The notes: generated by a model not told the origin, from the letters alone. A stretch of 64,000 nucleotides of DNA from an uncultured Candidatus Saccharibacteria bacterium (GCA_964398205.1 CAYNLU010000001.1:417-64416); one strand, 5' to 3'. Positions 19,076 through 28,968 are shown, counted from the stretch's first letter. A program made the numbers and translations.

Positions 19076-19759
19076 TTAATAAATCTTAGTTCCCATAAAA
19101 TTCTCGCCATTTAGATATTTTGCAAAGTTTTCGATATTTTTACCATTTAGGATTGCAACTTCGATATTATTCTCTTCTGCTAATTTAGAAGCTATAGGGT
19201 CGAAGGGGGTCGAAAGTCCAGGGTTCCACTCGGAAGGTATAAGTTCGCGATATTCTTTCCAAGTTATGCTTTCGATCTTCTTCGCATCTATAAATTTATT
19301 AGGATCTTTATCATAAGCATAATCAATATTTGAAAGATTGATAATCTTTTTAGAATTTAGTTGCTTTGCAATTAAGACAGCGTCAAGGTCAGTACTGAAA
19401 CCAGGTTTCCACCCTCCCCCTAAGATTATCGGTTTATCCATATTAATAGGTAAATTTGGGTCAGTAATAATATTTGGAAAAGCGAGATTCCCGAAAAGAG
19501 TTTTTATAAATTCTGCATTTAATCGAGTAGTATAGATACCAATCCAATCAAGCTCGTCAGAATTTAAATCTAAGATTGCTTTACCTTTATCTTGATATCG
19601 ACGGCAGATCTTACCTCCACCAGTAATAATCACAAATTTATGACCTTCGGAAACTTTTGATAAAATCAATTCTTTAAATTGTTTTAAAAATTCCACATCA
19701 ATCTCATCAGGAACAATAAGCGAACCACCGAGTGAAATTACAAAAGTTTCTTTTTCCAT
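19076..19759 (-). CDS. pyrH: UMP kinase, archaeal-type
   Basis: VISLGGS, GGG, GGWKPGFSTD, KDP, PFDP. Confidence 0.93.
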   Translation of the reverse strand: MEKETFVISLGGSLIVPDEIDVEFLKQFKELILSKVSEGHKFVIITGGGKICRRYQDKGKAILDLNSDELDWIGIYTTRLNAEFIKTLFGNLAFPNIITDPNLPINMDKPIILGGGWKPGFSTDLDAVLIAKQLNSKKIINLSNIDYAYDKDPNKFIDAKKIESITWKEYRELIPSEWNPGLSTPFDPIASKLAEENNIEVAILNGKNIENFAKYLNGENFMGTKIY

Positions 19760-19760
19760 A

Positions 19761-20351
19761 TTAATTATTTAAATTTAAAGCTTTTAAAATATCATTATGA
19801 ACAGCTTCTATAACTTGCTCTCCATTAATCTCTACAACTTCAATATCTTTATCTTTAAGGAATTCCATAGAAGGAACTACGTTATTCTTGTATTCTGCGA
19901 ATCTTCTCTTTAATCCTTCTTCGGTATCATCACTACGGCCACGGAGCAAATTTCTCTTCATTGCTTCTTCTTCAGAAAGTTTAATATAAATAATTTTTAT
20001 ATTTTCTCTTTTATAAAAATTCATTTGAGCGAGAAAGTCTTCAGATTGAGCTATCGTACGCGGATAACCGTCAGCAATAAGAACAATATTTTCGTTTAAG
20101 GAATTAATTAAAATATTTGTAAAAATAGCATTCGTTAAAAAGTCAGGTTGCAATTTACCTTTTTCTAAAGTTTCTTTAACCAAAGATGCAGTTTGAGTAT
20201 CGCTAGCAGTAATCTTGCGATATTCGTTGCCTGGATAAGCGTGCAAAGATTCTAAGTTGTATTTTTGTTTTAAAAAGTCTTGCAAAAGAGTGATTTGAGT
20301 CCCCTTTCCAGATCCAACTATTCCAAAAAACACAAAAGTTTTACCTTGCAT
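19761..20351 (-). CDS. adk: adenylate kinase (short, LID-less)
   Basis: GSGKGTQ, DGYPR, RGRSDD; lies between secY and map. Confidence 0.88.
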   Translation of the reverse strand: MQGKTFVFFGIVGSGKGTQITLLQDFLKQKYNLESLHAYPGNEYRKITASDTQTASLVKETLEKGKLQPDFLTNAIFTNILINSLNENIVLIADGYPRTIAQSEDFLAQMNFYKRENIKIIYIKLSEEEAMKRNLLRGRSDDTEEGLKRRFAEYKNNVVPSMEFLKDKDIEVVEINGEQVIEAVHNDILKALNLNN

Positions 20352-20414
20352 ATTAATTCTATAATACATTATTTAGCTTGAAAAATCAACGTTTTTAGCA
20401 TAGAATAAATTTAT

Positions 20415-20984
20415 ATGAAAAAAGAAATTATTACTATATCAGGATTACCTGGTAGTGGTAAAAGTAGCACAGCAGACAAAGTAGCTAAAGCTCTAAATTA
20501 CAGCAGGTTTTCTTCTGGGGATTTTATGAGGAAAATTGCAATAGAAAAAAATATTACATTAAACCAACTTTCTAAAATTGCCGAAAACGATAATGGCGAA
20601 ATAGATAATCAAATCGATAATGAGGTTTCAAAATTAAACGAAACTCAAAAAATCGTTGTTGATTCTAGGCTTGCTTTTCATTTCTTAAAAAATAGTTTTA
20701 AGGTATTTCTAGATTTAAATCCAGAAATTTCCAAAGATAGAGTTATAGAAAATTTAAAATCAAATCCTCTAAGATTAGAGAGCGAAGGATTAACTCGCCC
20801 AGAAGAAGTCTATGAAAAAATCATAGAAAGATTAAATAGTGAGAAAAAGAGGTATAGAGAATTATATAACTTAGATTACACTAATAAAGAAAACTTCGAT
20901 TTAGTAATCGACACCGAGAAAAATAATCTCGATCAAGTAGTTGAGATTATTCTAAACGAATATAAAAATTGGTTGAACTCTTAA
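20415..20984 (+). CDS. cmk: cytidylate kinase, archaeal-type
   Basis: ITISGLPGSGKSS, SSGDFMR, DSRL, YDLVIDT-like motif. Confidence 0.82.
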   Translation: MKKEIITISGLPGSGKSSTADKVAKALNYSRFSSGDFMRKIAIEKNITLNQLSKIAENDNGEIDNQIDNEVSKLNETQKIVVDSRLAFHFLKNSFKVFLDLNPEISKDRVIENLKSNPLRLESEGLTRPEEVYEKIIERLNSEKKRYRELYNLDYTNKENFDLVIDTEKNNLDQVVEIILNEYKNWLNS

Positions 20985-21020
20985 ATAAAAATCCCCACAA
21001 ACCTGTGGGGATTTTTATTT
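20984..21020. terminator. bidirectional terminator
   Basis: aaataaaaatccccaca/tgtggggatttttattt. Confidence 0.8.
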
Positions 21021-21025
21021 ATATA

Positions 21026-22297
21026 TTAGTATTCTCTCATTGAAAGTTGAGCATCAACTTTCTTGATTATATCTAGCACAACTGAAACCACGATAAGCAA
21101 AGCTGTACCTCCTAAAGCAATAGTATTAATACCTGTTATGTTTTGCATAATTATAGGTAAAACTGCTATAAAGCCTAAGAATAAAGCTCCAAATAAAGTA
21201 ATACGAGTTAAAACTTTTGAAACATAATCACGAGTAGATCCTCCTGGACGAACTCCTGGGATGAAAGCTCCATTTTTTTGCAAATTAGTAGCTAATTGAT
21301 CCGGGTCGAAAGTAACTGCAGTATAAAAATAAGTAAACAAGAATACGAATATAAAATATAGAATTCCGTATAATACTGAAGTTTGACTAAATCCTTGAAG
21401 TGAAACAGCAATACTTTTTATAGTTTCATTAGAAGAAGAAACTAATAAATTACCAGCGATTTGAGGTAAAAGCAAGATAGATAAAGCGAAAATAATAGGC
21501 ATAACTCCAGCTTGATTCATACGAAGTGGTAAATAAGTACTACCTCCTCCATAAACTTTATTTCCTCTAACTTGTTTAGCATAAGTTACAGATATAGGTC
21601 TTTCAGCTTCAGTAATAAATACAACTCCTGCAACAACCAATAATCCAACAATTGCAAATCCTATATAACTAGGAATCAAAGACGGATCAAAAGTAAACAA
21701 AAGTTGACTAACTTTAGCAGGTAAGTTTGCTACGATACCAGCAAAGATAATCATAGAAACTCCATTACCAACACCAAACTCACTCATAAGTTCTCCTAAC
21801 CACATAGTTAACACTGCTCCAGCAATAACTATTATCAAATTAGTAATTCTTTCAAAAGAAGTTAATTCTCCTAGAATACCTTGATTTTCAAGTATAGCTA
21901 AAAGTGAGAAACCTTGAATAGCAGCGAAAATAACAGTAAATACACGAGAGTATTGAGTGAATTTTTTTCTTCCAATCTCACCTTCTTCTTGATACATTCT
22001 CTTTAGAGCGGGTACCATGATAGTAAGAAGTTGCATTATGATTGATGAAGTAATATAAGGACCTACTCCAAGCATAATAATAGAAAGATTAGACAATCCT
22101 CCTCCTGAGAAAATATTTAAAATTCCAAAAAATTGATTATTAGATAAGAAACGATTAAGTTGCAATACATCTACTCCAGGAATAGGTATAGTAGAGAGTA
22201 ATCTGAAAATAAACAATGAACCTATAACAAATAGAATTTTGTTTCTGATTTGTTTATCTGTAAATATCATTTTTATTTTACTAAAGAATTTTTGCAT
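21026..22297 (-). CDS. secY: preprotein translocase SecY
   Basis: LGVGPYITSSII, GVGNG, IPGVRPG, GGTALLIVV. Confidence 0.98.
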   Translation of the reverse strand: MQKFFSKIKMIFTDKQIRNKILFVIGSLFIFRLLSTIPIPGVDVLQLNRFLSNNQFFGILNIFSGGGLSNLSIIMLGVGPYITSSIIMQLLTIMVPALKRMYQEEGEIGRKKFTQYSRVFTVIFAAIQGFSLLAILENQGILGELTSFERITNLIIVIAGAVLTMWLGELMSEFGVGNGVSMIIFAGIVANLPAKVSQLLFTFDPSLIPSYIGFAIVGLLVVAGVVFITEAERPISVTYAKQVRGNKVYGGGSTYLPLRMNQAGVMPIIFALSILLLPQIAGNLLVSSSNETIKSIAVSLQGFSQTSVLYGILYFIFVFLFTYFYTAVTFDPDQLATNLQKNGAFIPGVRPGGSTRDYVSKVLTRITLFGALFLGFIAVLPIIMQNITGINTIALGGTALLIVVSVVLDIIKKVDAQLSMREY

Positions 22298-22310
22298 ATA
22301 TTTTTATTGT

Positions 22311-22745
22311 TTAAGCAATACTTCCTCCAGATGCTAAGATTTTTTCTTTTGCTGTAGATGAAACCTCTACTTCAGAGAAAGAAAGCTTTGTATTAAAGTC
22401 TTCTTTACCGTTTAAGATTTTAACTTTTGGAATTAAACCTTTTACTTGTGAAATAACTTTTGCTTCGATTAATGATTTCGGATTAACTGTAGAACCTGCT
22501 TTGAAAGCTTTTGCAACCTTATCTAAAGATACACATACAGGTTTTTCTTGATAAGAATTAAATCTATAACCACGGAGTTTAGGGAATTTCTTGATAATAA
22601 CTCTCATTTCTGGGCGACGTTTGTTACCAGCACGAGCTGTTTGACCCTTTCCTCCACGTCCAGAAGTCTTTGCGTGCTTTCCTCCACGTCCCACAATACG
22701 ATCCTTTTTATTTTTATTTTTTCTTTTTAATTCGTTGATTTGCAT
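22311..22745 (-). CDS. rplO: 50S ribosomal protein L15
   Basis: VGRGG..KTSGRGGKGQTARAG. Confidence 0.96.
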   Translation of the reverse strand: MQINELKRKNKNKKDRIVGRGGKHAKTSGRGGKGQTARAGNKRRPEMRVIIKKFPKLRGYRFNSYQEKPVCVSLDKVAKAFKAGSTVNPKSLIEAKVISQVKGLIPKVKILNGKEDFNTKLSFSEVEVSSTAKEKILASGGSIA

Positions 22746-22755
22746 GGCTTTTTTA

Positions 22756-23307
22756 TTATTCTACTACTTTTGATACTTCTTGATTATTTACAACTGTGGT
22801 TTCAGTTGGCTTTTTGTACTTTGAAGCAACTTGAGAAAGTGCAGCCATAGTTGCTTTAGAGTTATTTAATTTATTTTTTGTACCTGCCATAACTTTTGCA
22901 GTTACATCTTTTACTCCAGCTAAATTCAAAATATCACGAACTACTGTACCAGCTACTAATCCACGTCCTTTGTTTGGTAAAATTTGAACTTTTGAACTTC
23001 CGTATTTTGCAAAAACTTCATGAGGTAAAGACATAGATTTAGTCAAAGAAAGTTTAATCATATTTTTCTTTGCATCACGTAAAGCTTTATTGATAGCGAG
23101 CGCTGTATCACCTGCTTTACCTAAACCTAAACCTACATTACCCTTGCGATCTCCTGCGATTAAAGCTACAGAGAAAGAAAATCTACGTCCTCCAGAAACA
23201 ACACGAGTAACACGACGAATACTAACCATCTTTTGATCGAATTCTGGCTTTGGTCTACCGAAAGTACTATTCTTTCTCATATTCTTTTTTTGATTTTCTT
23301 TTTCCAT
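22756..23307 (-). CDS. rpsE: 30S ribosomal protein S5
   Basis: RRVTRVVSGGRRFSF. Confidence 0.97.
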   Translation of the reverse strand: MEKENQKKNMRKNSTFGRPKPEFDQKMVSIRRVTRVVSGGRRFSFSVALIAGDRKGNVGLGLGKAGDTALAINKALRDAKKNMIKLSLTKSMSLPHEVFAKYGSSKVQILPNKGRGLVAGTVVRDILNLAGVKDVTAKVMAGTKNKLNNSKATMAALSQVASKYKKPTETTVVNNQEVSKVVE

Positions 23308-23329
23308 AATTAATTATTATATATTTTAA

Positions 23330-23671
23330 TTAAAACTTAAGTCCCCCACTGCGAGCAGCTTCAGCAACTAATTTCACACGACCGGTATATTTAAAACCGT
23401 TACGATCGAAAACTACAGCGGAAATATTTTTTTCTTTTGCTTTTTTAGCGATCTCTGCACCAACCTTTTGTGCTCTTTCAGTTTTAGTACCTTTTTCGAT
23501 TTTGATATCACTAGCTTCAACTAAAGTATTACCTTTAACATCATCGATGATTTGAGCATAAATAAATTTATTAGAACGAAATACAGAAAGTCTAGGAAAT
23601 TCGGTAGTACCGCTCATCTTTGATCTAATCTTTGCTTTTAATCTTATTCTTTTTTCTATTTTTGTTTTCAT
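23330..23671 (-). CDS. rplR: 50S ribosomal protein L18
   Basis: [16 protein letters not shown]. Confidence 0.97.
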   Translation of the reverse strand: MKTKIEKRIRLKAKIRSKMSGTTEFPRLSVFRSNKFIYAQIIDDVKGNTLVEASDIKIEKGTKTERAQKVGAEIAKKAKEKNISAVVFDRNGFKYTGRVKLVAEAARSGGLKF

Positions 23672-23717
23672 TGTTTTTTTGTTTTATAACTTTTTACTTT
23701 GAATTTTAAAACTAAGA

Positions 23718-24251
23718 TTATGCAGTTTTCTTACCTTGTTTTCTTCTAATAACTTCATCGTGATAACGGAAACCTTTACCTTTATAAGGTTCTGGCTTTT
23801 TGAGTGATCTCACTCCTGCAGTAAAACTACCTACTAATTCTTTATCAATTCCAGAAACTCCGATATTGTTTTTATCTACAGTTACAGTTAAACCTTCAGG
23901 GATTGCTACTACAACTGGATGAGAAAAACCTAAAGCTAAATGAATTTCTTTACCTTTTAATTCTGATTTAAAACCAACTCCTTCTAAGATTAATTTCTTT
24001 TCAAAAGGAGTTACTACGCCTTTAATCATATTCATCAAGTGAGATGCATAAGTACCCCAAAGTGCTTTTGAAAATTTATCGTTTCTTTTTACAGCTAAGG
24101 TAATATTTGCTCCTTCGATTTTTATTTCGATATCATCACGAAATTCGCGAATTAAAGTTCCCTTTGGTCCTTTTACAGATATATTAAAACCGTCTTTTTT
24201 AACTTCGACGCCTTGTGGGATAACTATTTCTTTTTTTCCTATTCTACTCAT
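23718..24251 (-). CDS. rplF: 50S ribosomal protein L6
   Basis: MSRIGK, PEPYKGKG. Confidence 0.98.
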   Translation of the reverse strand: MSRIGKKEIVIPQGVEVKKDGFNISVKGPKGTLIREFRDDIEIKIEGANITLAVKRNDKFSKALWGTYASHLMNMIKGVVTPFEKKLILEGVGFKSELKGKEIHLALGFSHPVVVAIPEGLTVTVDKNNIGVSGIDKELVGSFTAGVRSLKKPEPYKGKGFRYHDEVIRRKQGKKTA

Positions 24252-24263
24252 ATATTTATATAA

Positions 24264-24650
24264 CTACCAAACTTTAAATAAAATTTCTCCTCCAACTTGT
24301 TCCTTGCGAGCTTCTTTACCAGAAAGAATACCTTTTGGAGTAGATAAAACCATCAGACCTTTACCATTTTTAACAGGGAAAATTTCTTTTACGCCGATAT
24401 AAACACGTTTTGAAGGTTTTGAAACTCTTTCTACGTCACTGATTTTTGGTTTATTATCTCCGTAAACTAAACCGATTTCTAAGAAAGGTTGACCTTTTTT
24501 AGACTTTTTAGCAACAGAAGAAACAAATCCTTCTTTTACTAAACAATCCAAAATCGCATTTTTTAATTTTGAATAAGGAACTAAAACAGACTCCTTGCCT
24601 ACAAGACTTCCGTTTTTAATTGATATTATCATTTGTGAAATTGTATCCAT
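24264..24650 (-). CDS. rpsH: 30S ribosomal protein S8
   Basis: SKPSKRVY, LSTPKG, GGE. Confidence 0.97.
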   Translation of the reverse strand: MDTISQMIISIKNGSLVGKESVLVPYSKLKNAILDCLVKEGFVSSVAKKSKKGQPFLEIGLVYGDNKPKISDVERVSKPSKRVYIGVKEIFPVKNGKGLMVLSTPKGILSGKEARKEQVGGEILFKVW

Positions 24651-24690
24651 ATTTTTGTATTTTTTTAGTTGTGACCAACTAGTTTAACTA

Positions 24691-24876
24691 TTACCAAGAA
24701 GACTTACGTACACCTGGTAAATTACCTTCGTTTGCTTGCTCTCTGAAACAGATACGACACAAATCGAAGTCTCTCATAAAACCTCTTCCACGACCACAAC
24801 GAAAACAACGGTTTTTAGCCCGTGTAGAAAACTTTGGTGTTTTTAGCGATCTCGCTACTACTGATTTTTTTGCCAT
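24691..24876 (-). CDS. rpsN: 30S ribosomal protein S14 (Zn-binding type Z)
   Basis: CFRC...[15 protein letters not shown]. Confidence 0.97.
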   Translation of the reverse strand: MAKKSVVARSLKTPKFSTRAKNRCFRCGRGRGFMRDFDLCRICFREQANEGNLPGVRKSSW

Positions 24877-24889
24877 AATATTAAATATC

Positions 24890-24978
24890 GTCTTTTATTA
24901 GAAAGATATCTTGTGTATTTTCTTAAAGTTTCCTAAAAACCTTAAGGAGAAACACAGATCTTACCTAATAGCTAAGAC
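24890..24978 (-). promoter_or_regulatory. long hairpin 5' leader of the rpsN-rpsH unit
   Basis: nested pairings GTCTT/AAGAC, TATTAG/CTAATA, AAGAT/ATCTT, TGTGT/ACACA, CTTAAG/TTTAAG, GTTT/AAAC. Confidence 0.6.
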
Positions 24979-24984
24979 TTCTAT

Positions 24985-25013
24985 ATACTAGCAAATCTAA
25001 ATAAATAAGTCAA
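24985..25013 (-). promoter_or_regulatory. internal sigma70 promoter for rpsN
   Basis: TTGACT-17 nt-TAGTAT. Confidence 0.7.
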
Positions 25014-25184
25014 ATCTTAAGTCGCGATTGATAGGATAAAATAAAAAGGAACGGGACTAAACCCGTTCCACCGCTTGTTTTTAACCTAACTAGATATCTC
25101 TTTTCATGTTTAAAACATTTTAAAAGTTAAACAATATATTTATACTAATTCAAGTTAATTATATTATAAAACCAAGACAAAATC

Positions 25185-25208
25185 AAAATCCCCTTTCGGG
25201 GATTTTTT
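25185..25208 (-). terminator. terminator after rplE
   Basis: aaaatcccc-tttc-ggggatttt. Confidence 0.75.
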
Positions 25209-25212
25209 AGTT

Positions 25213-25779
25213 TTATTTCTTTTTCTTTTCGTCTTCTTTTTTGAAAGGAATACCTAGGTATTCATAGAAAGCGAAACCTTCTTCTTTAGTTTTAGCACTT
25301 GATACGATAGTGATAGCAAGTCCGAATACGTCTTTGATATCTTCGTCTGCGGTTTCTGGGAAGATTGTGTGTTCTTTGATACCGATAGTTGCGTTTCCAA
25401 TACTATCTACTACAGAGCGGTTAATACCTCTGAAGTCTTTAGTACGAGGTAATGCTACGTTGAAAAGCTTTTCTAAGAAAGAATACATACGGTCTCCACG
25501 TAGAGTTACAGTTACACCCACAGGATCACCTTGACGAATTTTGAAAGAAGCGATTGATTTCTTTGCTCCTCTTTTTGAAGGTTTTTGACCTGTGATTTTT
25601 GCTAAACGATCAGCGATTTGGTCATTCTTCTTGTTATCTTTCTTCATCATAGTTCCAGTTCCAACGTTAATTACAACTTTTTGTAATTTTGGAGCAGACA
25701 TTTGGTTTTTATATCCGAAAACTGGTTTCAAAACTTGGAAAGCCTCACTATTTTTTTCTTTTACGGTTAAGTGTTTCAT
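25213..25779 (-). CDS. rplE: 50S ribosomal protein L5
   Basis: ITGQKP, FKIRQG, VTLRG, LPRTKDFRG. Confidence 0.98.
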   Translation of the reverse strand: MKHLTVKEKNSEAFQVLKPVFGYKNQMSAPKLQKVVINVGTGTMMKKDNKKNDQIADRLAKITGQKPSKRGAKKSIASFKIRQGDPVGVTVTLRGDRMYSFLEKLFNVALPRTKDFRGINRSVVDSIGNATIGIKEHTIFPETADEDIKDVFGLAITIVSSAKTKEEGFAFYEYLGIPFKKEDEKKKK

Positions 25780-25781
25780 AA

Positions 25782-26087
25782 TTAAATTTCTTGATTACTT
25801 TTCTTTGCAATACGAACAAATTTATCTCCAACTTTTTTCTTGCCGATACGAGAACCTACTCCCTTTTTAGGATCAACTATCATCACATTTGAAACATGCA
25901 TAGGCATAGCTAGAGTTATAGTAGTACCCTTTTCACCTTGACGGCGAGGTTTTTGATGCTTTTTGTACATATTCAAACCTTCGACAATAACTTTGTCTTC
26001 CTTTGGTAAAGCTTTAATTATCTTACCTTTTTTACCTTTATCTTTACCTTTGATCAATATTACATTGTCTCCTTTTTTTAATTTCAT
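25782..26087 (-). CDS. rplX: 50S ribosomal protein L24
   Basis: KKGDNV..GKDKGKKG, HVSNV. Confidence 0.97.
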   Translation of the reverse strand: MKLKKGDNVILIKGKDKGKKGKIIKALPKEDKVIVEGLNMYKKHQKPRRQGEKGTTITLAMPMHVSNVMIVDPKKGVGSRIGKKKVGDKFVRIAKKSNQEI

Positions 26088-26140
26088 ATTTTTAAATTTC
26101 TATTTATAACTTTCTTGTTATCTAAAACTTAATGGCTAGT

Positions 26141-26512
26141 TTAGATAACTTCTGGAGCTAGAGAGATAATCTTTTGGAAACCTTTCTCTGCTAGTTCGCG
26201 TGGAATTGGACCGAAGATACGACCCGCTTTTGGATCTTTCTTTCCTTTATCTAAAATTACCACAGCGTTATCATCAAAACGAATATATGAACCATCTTTA
26301 CGGCGGTATGCATTACGAGTACGTACTACAACAGCTTGATGAACATCCTTCTTTTTTACTGCTTTACGAGGAGTTGCTGTTTGTACAGAAATAACGATGA
26401 TTTCACCGATATTTGCATATCTCTTTTTTGAAGAGCCTAAAATCTTAAATACTCTTCCTATAGTACCTCCTGCATTATCTGTTATTTTAACTAAACTTCT
26501 ATCTTGTATCAT
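26141..26512 (-). CDS. rplN: 50S ribosomal protein L14
   Basis: RRKDGSYIRFDDNA, SLAPEV. Confidence 0.98.
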   Translation of the reverse strand: MIQDRSLVKITDNAGGTIGRVFKILGSSKKRYANIGEIIVISVQTATPRKAVKKKDVHQAVVVRTRNAYRRKDGSYIRFDDNAVVILDKGKKDPKAGRIFGPIPRELAEKGFQKIISLAPEVI

Positions 26513-26522
26513 ATAATTTAAA

Positions 26523-26795
26523 TTATTCTACTACTATAAATTTTTTATCTTTTGAAATAGGACGAGTCTCAGCCAAGAAAACCTTGTCCCCTTTATTATA
26601 TTTATTATTCTCGTCGTGAGCTTTGTATTTCTTGCTTACTTTATAGAATTTTCCGTATTTAGGATGCTTTACGAAACGAGAAACAGAAACAACAACAGTC
26701 TTGTCCATTTTATTAGACACTACTACACCAGAAAGCAAACTTTTTGCTTTTCCTTCTTTCTTTATTTCTTTTTCATTTGTTGTTTTCTTTGCCAT
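26523..26795 (-). CDS. rpsQ: 30S ribosomal protein S17
   Basis: [24 protein letters not shown]. Confidence 0.97.
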   Translation of the reverse strand: MAKKTTNEKEIKKEGKAKSLLSGVVVSNKMDKTVVVSVSRFVKHPKYGKFYKVSKKYKAHDENNKYNKGDKVFLAETRPISKDKKFIVVE

Positions 26796-26798
26796 ATA

Positions 26799-26984
26799 CT
26801 ATTTATTTTTATTATTTTTACTTAATTCTGTCAAGATACGAGCGATTTTTTTCTTTAAATTCTTTTGCTCTTTTGTATTCTTTGACTTTGGGTTCAATTT
26901 ATTCCACTTAAGATCATAAAGCTCTTTTTGCAACTTTGTTAAATCTTCAGTTAAGTTTTCTTTTTTCAATTCTTTCTTTGCCAT
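26799..26984 (-). CDS. rpmC: 50S ribosomal protein L29
   Basis: KKKIARILT; synteny. Confidence 0.9.
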   Translation of the reverse strand: MAKKELKKENLTEDLTKLQKELYDLKWNKLNPKSKNTKEQKNLKKKIARILTELSKNNKNK

Positions 26985-26988
26985 AAAA

Positions 26989-27414
26989 TTATTTGTTTAC
27001 TCTTGCTATAATTCTTGTTTTTAGAGGGAGCTTACTTCCTGCTTTTCTTAGAGCTTCGCGAGCTGTGTGTTCATCTACTCCATCAACTTCAAAAATTAAA
27101 CGACCTGGTAATACTTCTGCACAATATCCTTGTGGATCTCCTTTACCCTTACCCATACCTACTTGAGCAGCTTTTTGAGTATAAGGACGGTCTGGGAAAA
27201 CACGAATCCAATACTTACCAGTCTTAGTCAAAGTACGAGATACTACTTTACGCGCTGCTTCTAATTGATTAGAACGAATACGAGCTTCAGTTTCTGCTTT
27301 AAGTCCAAAAGATCCAAAAGCGAGTTTTGTACCTCTTGTTTCTGCGGTAACCTTTTTAGGGTTAGTACGCTTGCTGTGCCATTTTCTAAATTTTACTTTT
27401 TTCGGTGTAAACAT
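26989..27414 (-). CDS. rplP: 50S ribosomal protein L16
   Basis: WIRVFPD, MGKGKG, KLP. Confidence 0.98.
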   Translation of the reverse strand: MFTPKKVKFRKWHSKRTNPKKVTAETRGTKLAFGSFGLKAETEARIRSNQLEAARKVVSRTLTKTGKYWIRVFPDRPYTQKAAQVGMGKGKGDPQGYCAEVLPGRLIFEVDGVDEHTAREALRKAGSKLPLKTRIIARVNK

Positions 27415-27451
27415 ATATTTAAATTAATTATATTGTAGTAAATTTATTCTA

Positions 27452-28114
27452 CTATTTATTCTTTGCAAAAACTTTACCTCTATAAATCCAAACTTTAATA
27501 CCGATAACTCCGTAAGCGAGGGTTGCTCTTTCTCTCTTGTAATCAATATCAGCACGGAAAGTTTGAAGTGGGATAGAACCTCTTTTTAGTTCTTCAGAGC
27601 GAGCAATTTCTGCTCCTCCTAAACGACCACCTAAAACTATACGAGCTCCTTCTACTCCTGGCGCTTGCATAACTTTATCTAAAACTTGCTTCATAACGCG
27701 ACGGTAAGGCATTCTTTTCTCTAAACCTTCAGCAATCATATAAGCCACGATAGATGCGTCTGCTTCTGGATTAGTTATTTCTACAACTTCTAGTTTTAAA
27801 TCTAAAGGACGAGGAAGACCTAATTTATCAATTTTTTTCAAAATATCTTCTTTGAGTTTTGTAGCTCCTTCACCGTTTCTACCGATAAGTAAACCTGGGC
27901 GAGAAGTTTTAATTATAAAACGAGTAGTTTTTTGATTTCTTTCGATTTCTAAAGAAGATACGTAAAGTCCGCGTAATTTCTTTTCTAAATATTCACGTAA
28001 TAAAACATCCCCTTTTAGGAATTTTTTATAATCTTTCGGATCAGCAAACCAGCGAGATTTCCAGTCTCTAAGAATTATCAATCTATGTGCATATGGATGT
28101 ACTATTTTTGACAT
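27452..28114 (-). CDS. rpsC: 30S ribosomal protein S3
   Basis: GRLGGAEIARSE, PLQTFRADIDY, GIKVWI. Confidence 0.98.
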   Translation of the reverse strand: MSKIVHPYAHRLIILRDWKSRWFADPKDYKKFLKGDVLLREYLEKKLRGLYVSSLEIERNQKTTRFIIKTSRPGLLIGRNGEGATKLKEDILKKIDKLGLPRPLDLKLEVVEITNPEADASIVAYMIAEGLEKRMPYRRVMKQVLDKVMQAPGVEGARIVLGGRLGGAEIARSEELKRGSIPLQTFRADIDYKRERATLAYGVIGIKVWIYRGKVFAKNK

Positions 28115-28115
28115 A

Positions 28116-28508
28116 TTATTTTTCTACTTTTTTAGTTGCTGTCTTTTTTGCAACCTTTTTACTTGCTAATTTTTTAACTTTTGAAATTTTTTCACCTAAA
28201 ACTACAGTCAAATGACTTGTTCTTTTGTTGATTCTTGCTCCACGTCCCATAGCACGAGGCATCATTCTTTTCATTACTATACCTTTATCTACTCTTAGTT
28301 CTTTGATGAAAAGATTTGCTTCATCTACTCCTAAAACCTTTGCATTCGCTACTGCTGATTTAATTAATTTTTGGATTGGTAAAGAAGCACGCTTTACTAA
28401 AAAGTCTAACTCTAAAATAGCGTCTTCTATCTTTTTACCTTTTACTAAATTCGCTACTAAACGAACTTTTCTAGGACTTTGTCTGTAATTTTTTAAAAAT
28501 GCTTTCAT
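28116..28508 (-). CDS. rplV: 50S ribosomal protein L22
   Basis: SPRKVRLVA, PRAMGR, KRTSH. Confidence 0.98.
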   Translation of the reverse strand: MKAFLKNYRQSPRKVRLVANLVKGKKIEDAILELDFLVKRASLPIQKLIKSAVANAKVLGVDEANLFIKELRVDKGIVMKRMMPRAMGRGARINKRTSHLTVVLGEKISKVKKLASKKVAKKTATKKVEK

Positions 28509-28547
28509 TTGATTTATTGTTTTTATTAAATATTTTTAGATGCAAAA

Positions 28548-28901
28548 TTATTTCTTCTTAGCTCCTGCTGCTCCAGCGTTAGCTGTAGCTGCTTTTGCTT
28601 GAGCTATTTCGGCTTCTTTCTTCTTTTGCTCTAATTCTTTTTGCATTTTACCTCCGTGCTTAGTAAATTTCTTTGTAGGAGAAAATTCACCTAATTTGTG
28701 ACCTACCATATCTTCAGTTACTAAAACTTCGATATGGACTTTACCGTTATAAACACCAAAAGTAAAACCTAACATCTCAGGTGAAATAACAGCCGCTCTT
28801 TTCCAAGTTTTTATCATTGGAGTTTGTAGAGGGTTTTTACCTGCTATTTTCTTTAATAGTCTCTCGTCAACATTTATTCCTTTTTTGATTGATCTTGTCA
28901 T
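28548..28901 (-). CDS. rpsS: 30S ribosomal protein S19
   Basis: RSIKKG, MVGHKLGEFSPT; C-terminal extension. Confidence 0.98.
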   Translation of the reverse strand: MTRSIKKGINVDERLLKKIAGKNPLQTPMIKTWKRAAVISPEMLGFTFGVYNGKVHIEVLVTEDMVGHKLGEFSPTKKFTKHGGKMQKELEQKKKEAEIAQAKAATANAGAAGAKKK

Positions 28902-28940
28902 AATTTATATAAATAAAAAGCTCTAAAGCGAGCTTATACT

Positions 28941-28968
28941 ATACTAACAAATTTAAAAATAAAGTCAA
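28941..28968 (-). promoter_or_regulatory. internal sigma70 promoter for rpsS
   Basis: TTGACT-16 nt-TAGTAT; 24 bp identical to the tuf promoter. Confidence 0.7.

Noticed and set aside
25043-25107. Five-codon ORF MKRDI plus hairpin in the rplE-rpsN gap
   Set aside because: Too short to call; at most a remnant of a deleted insert
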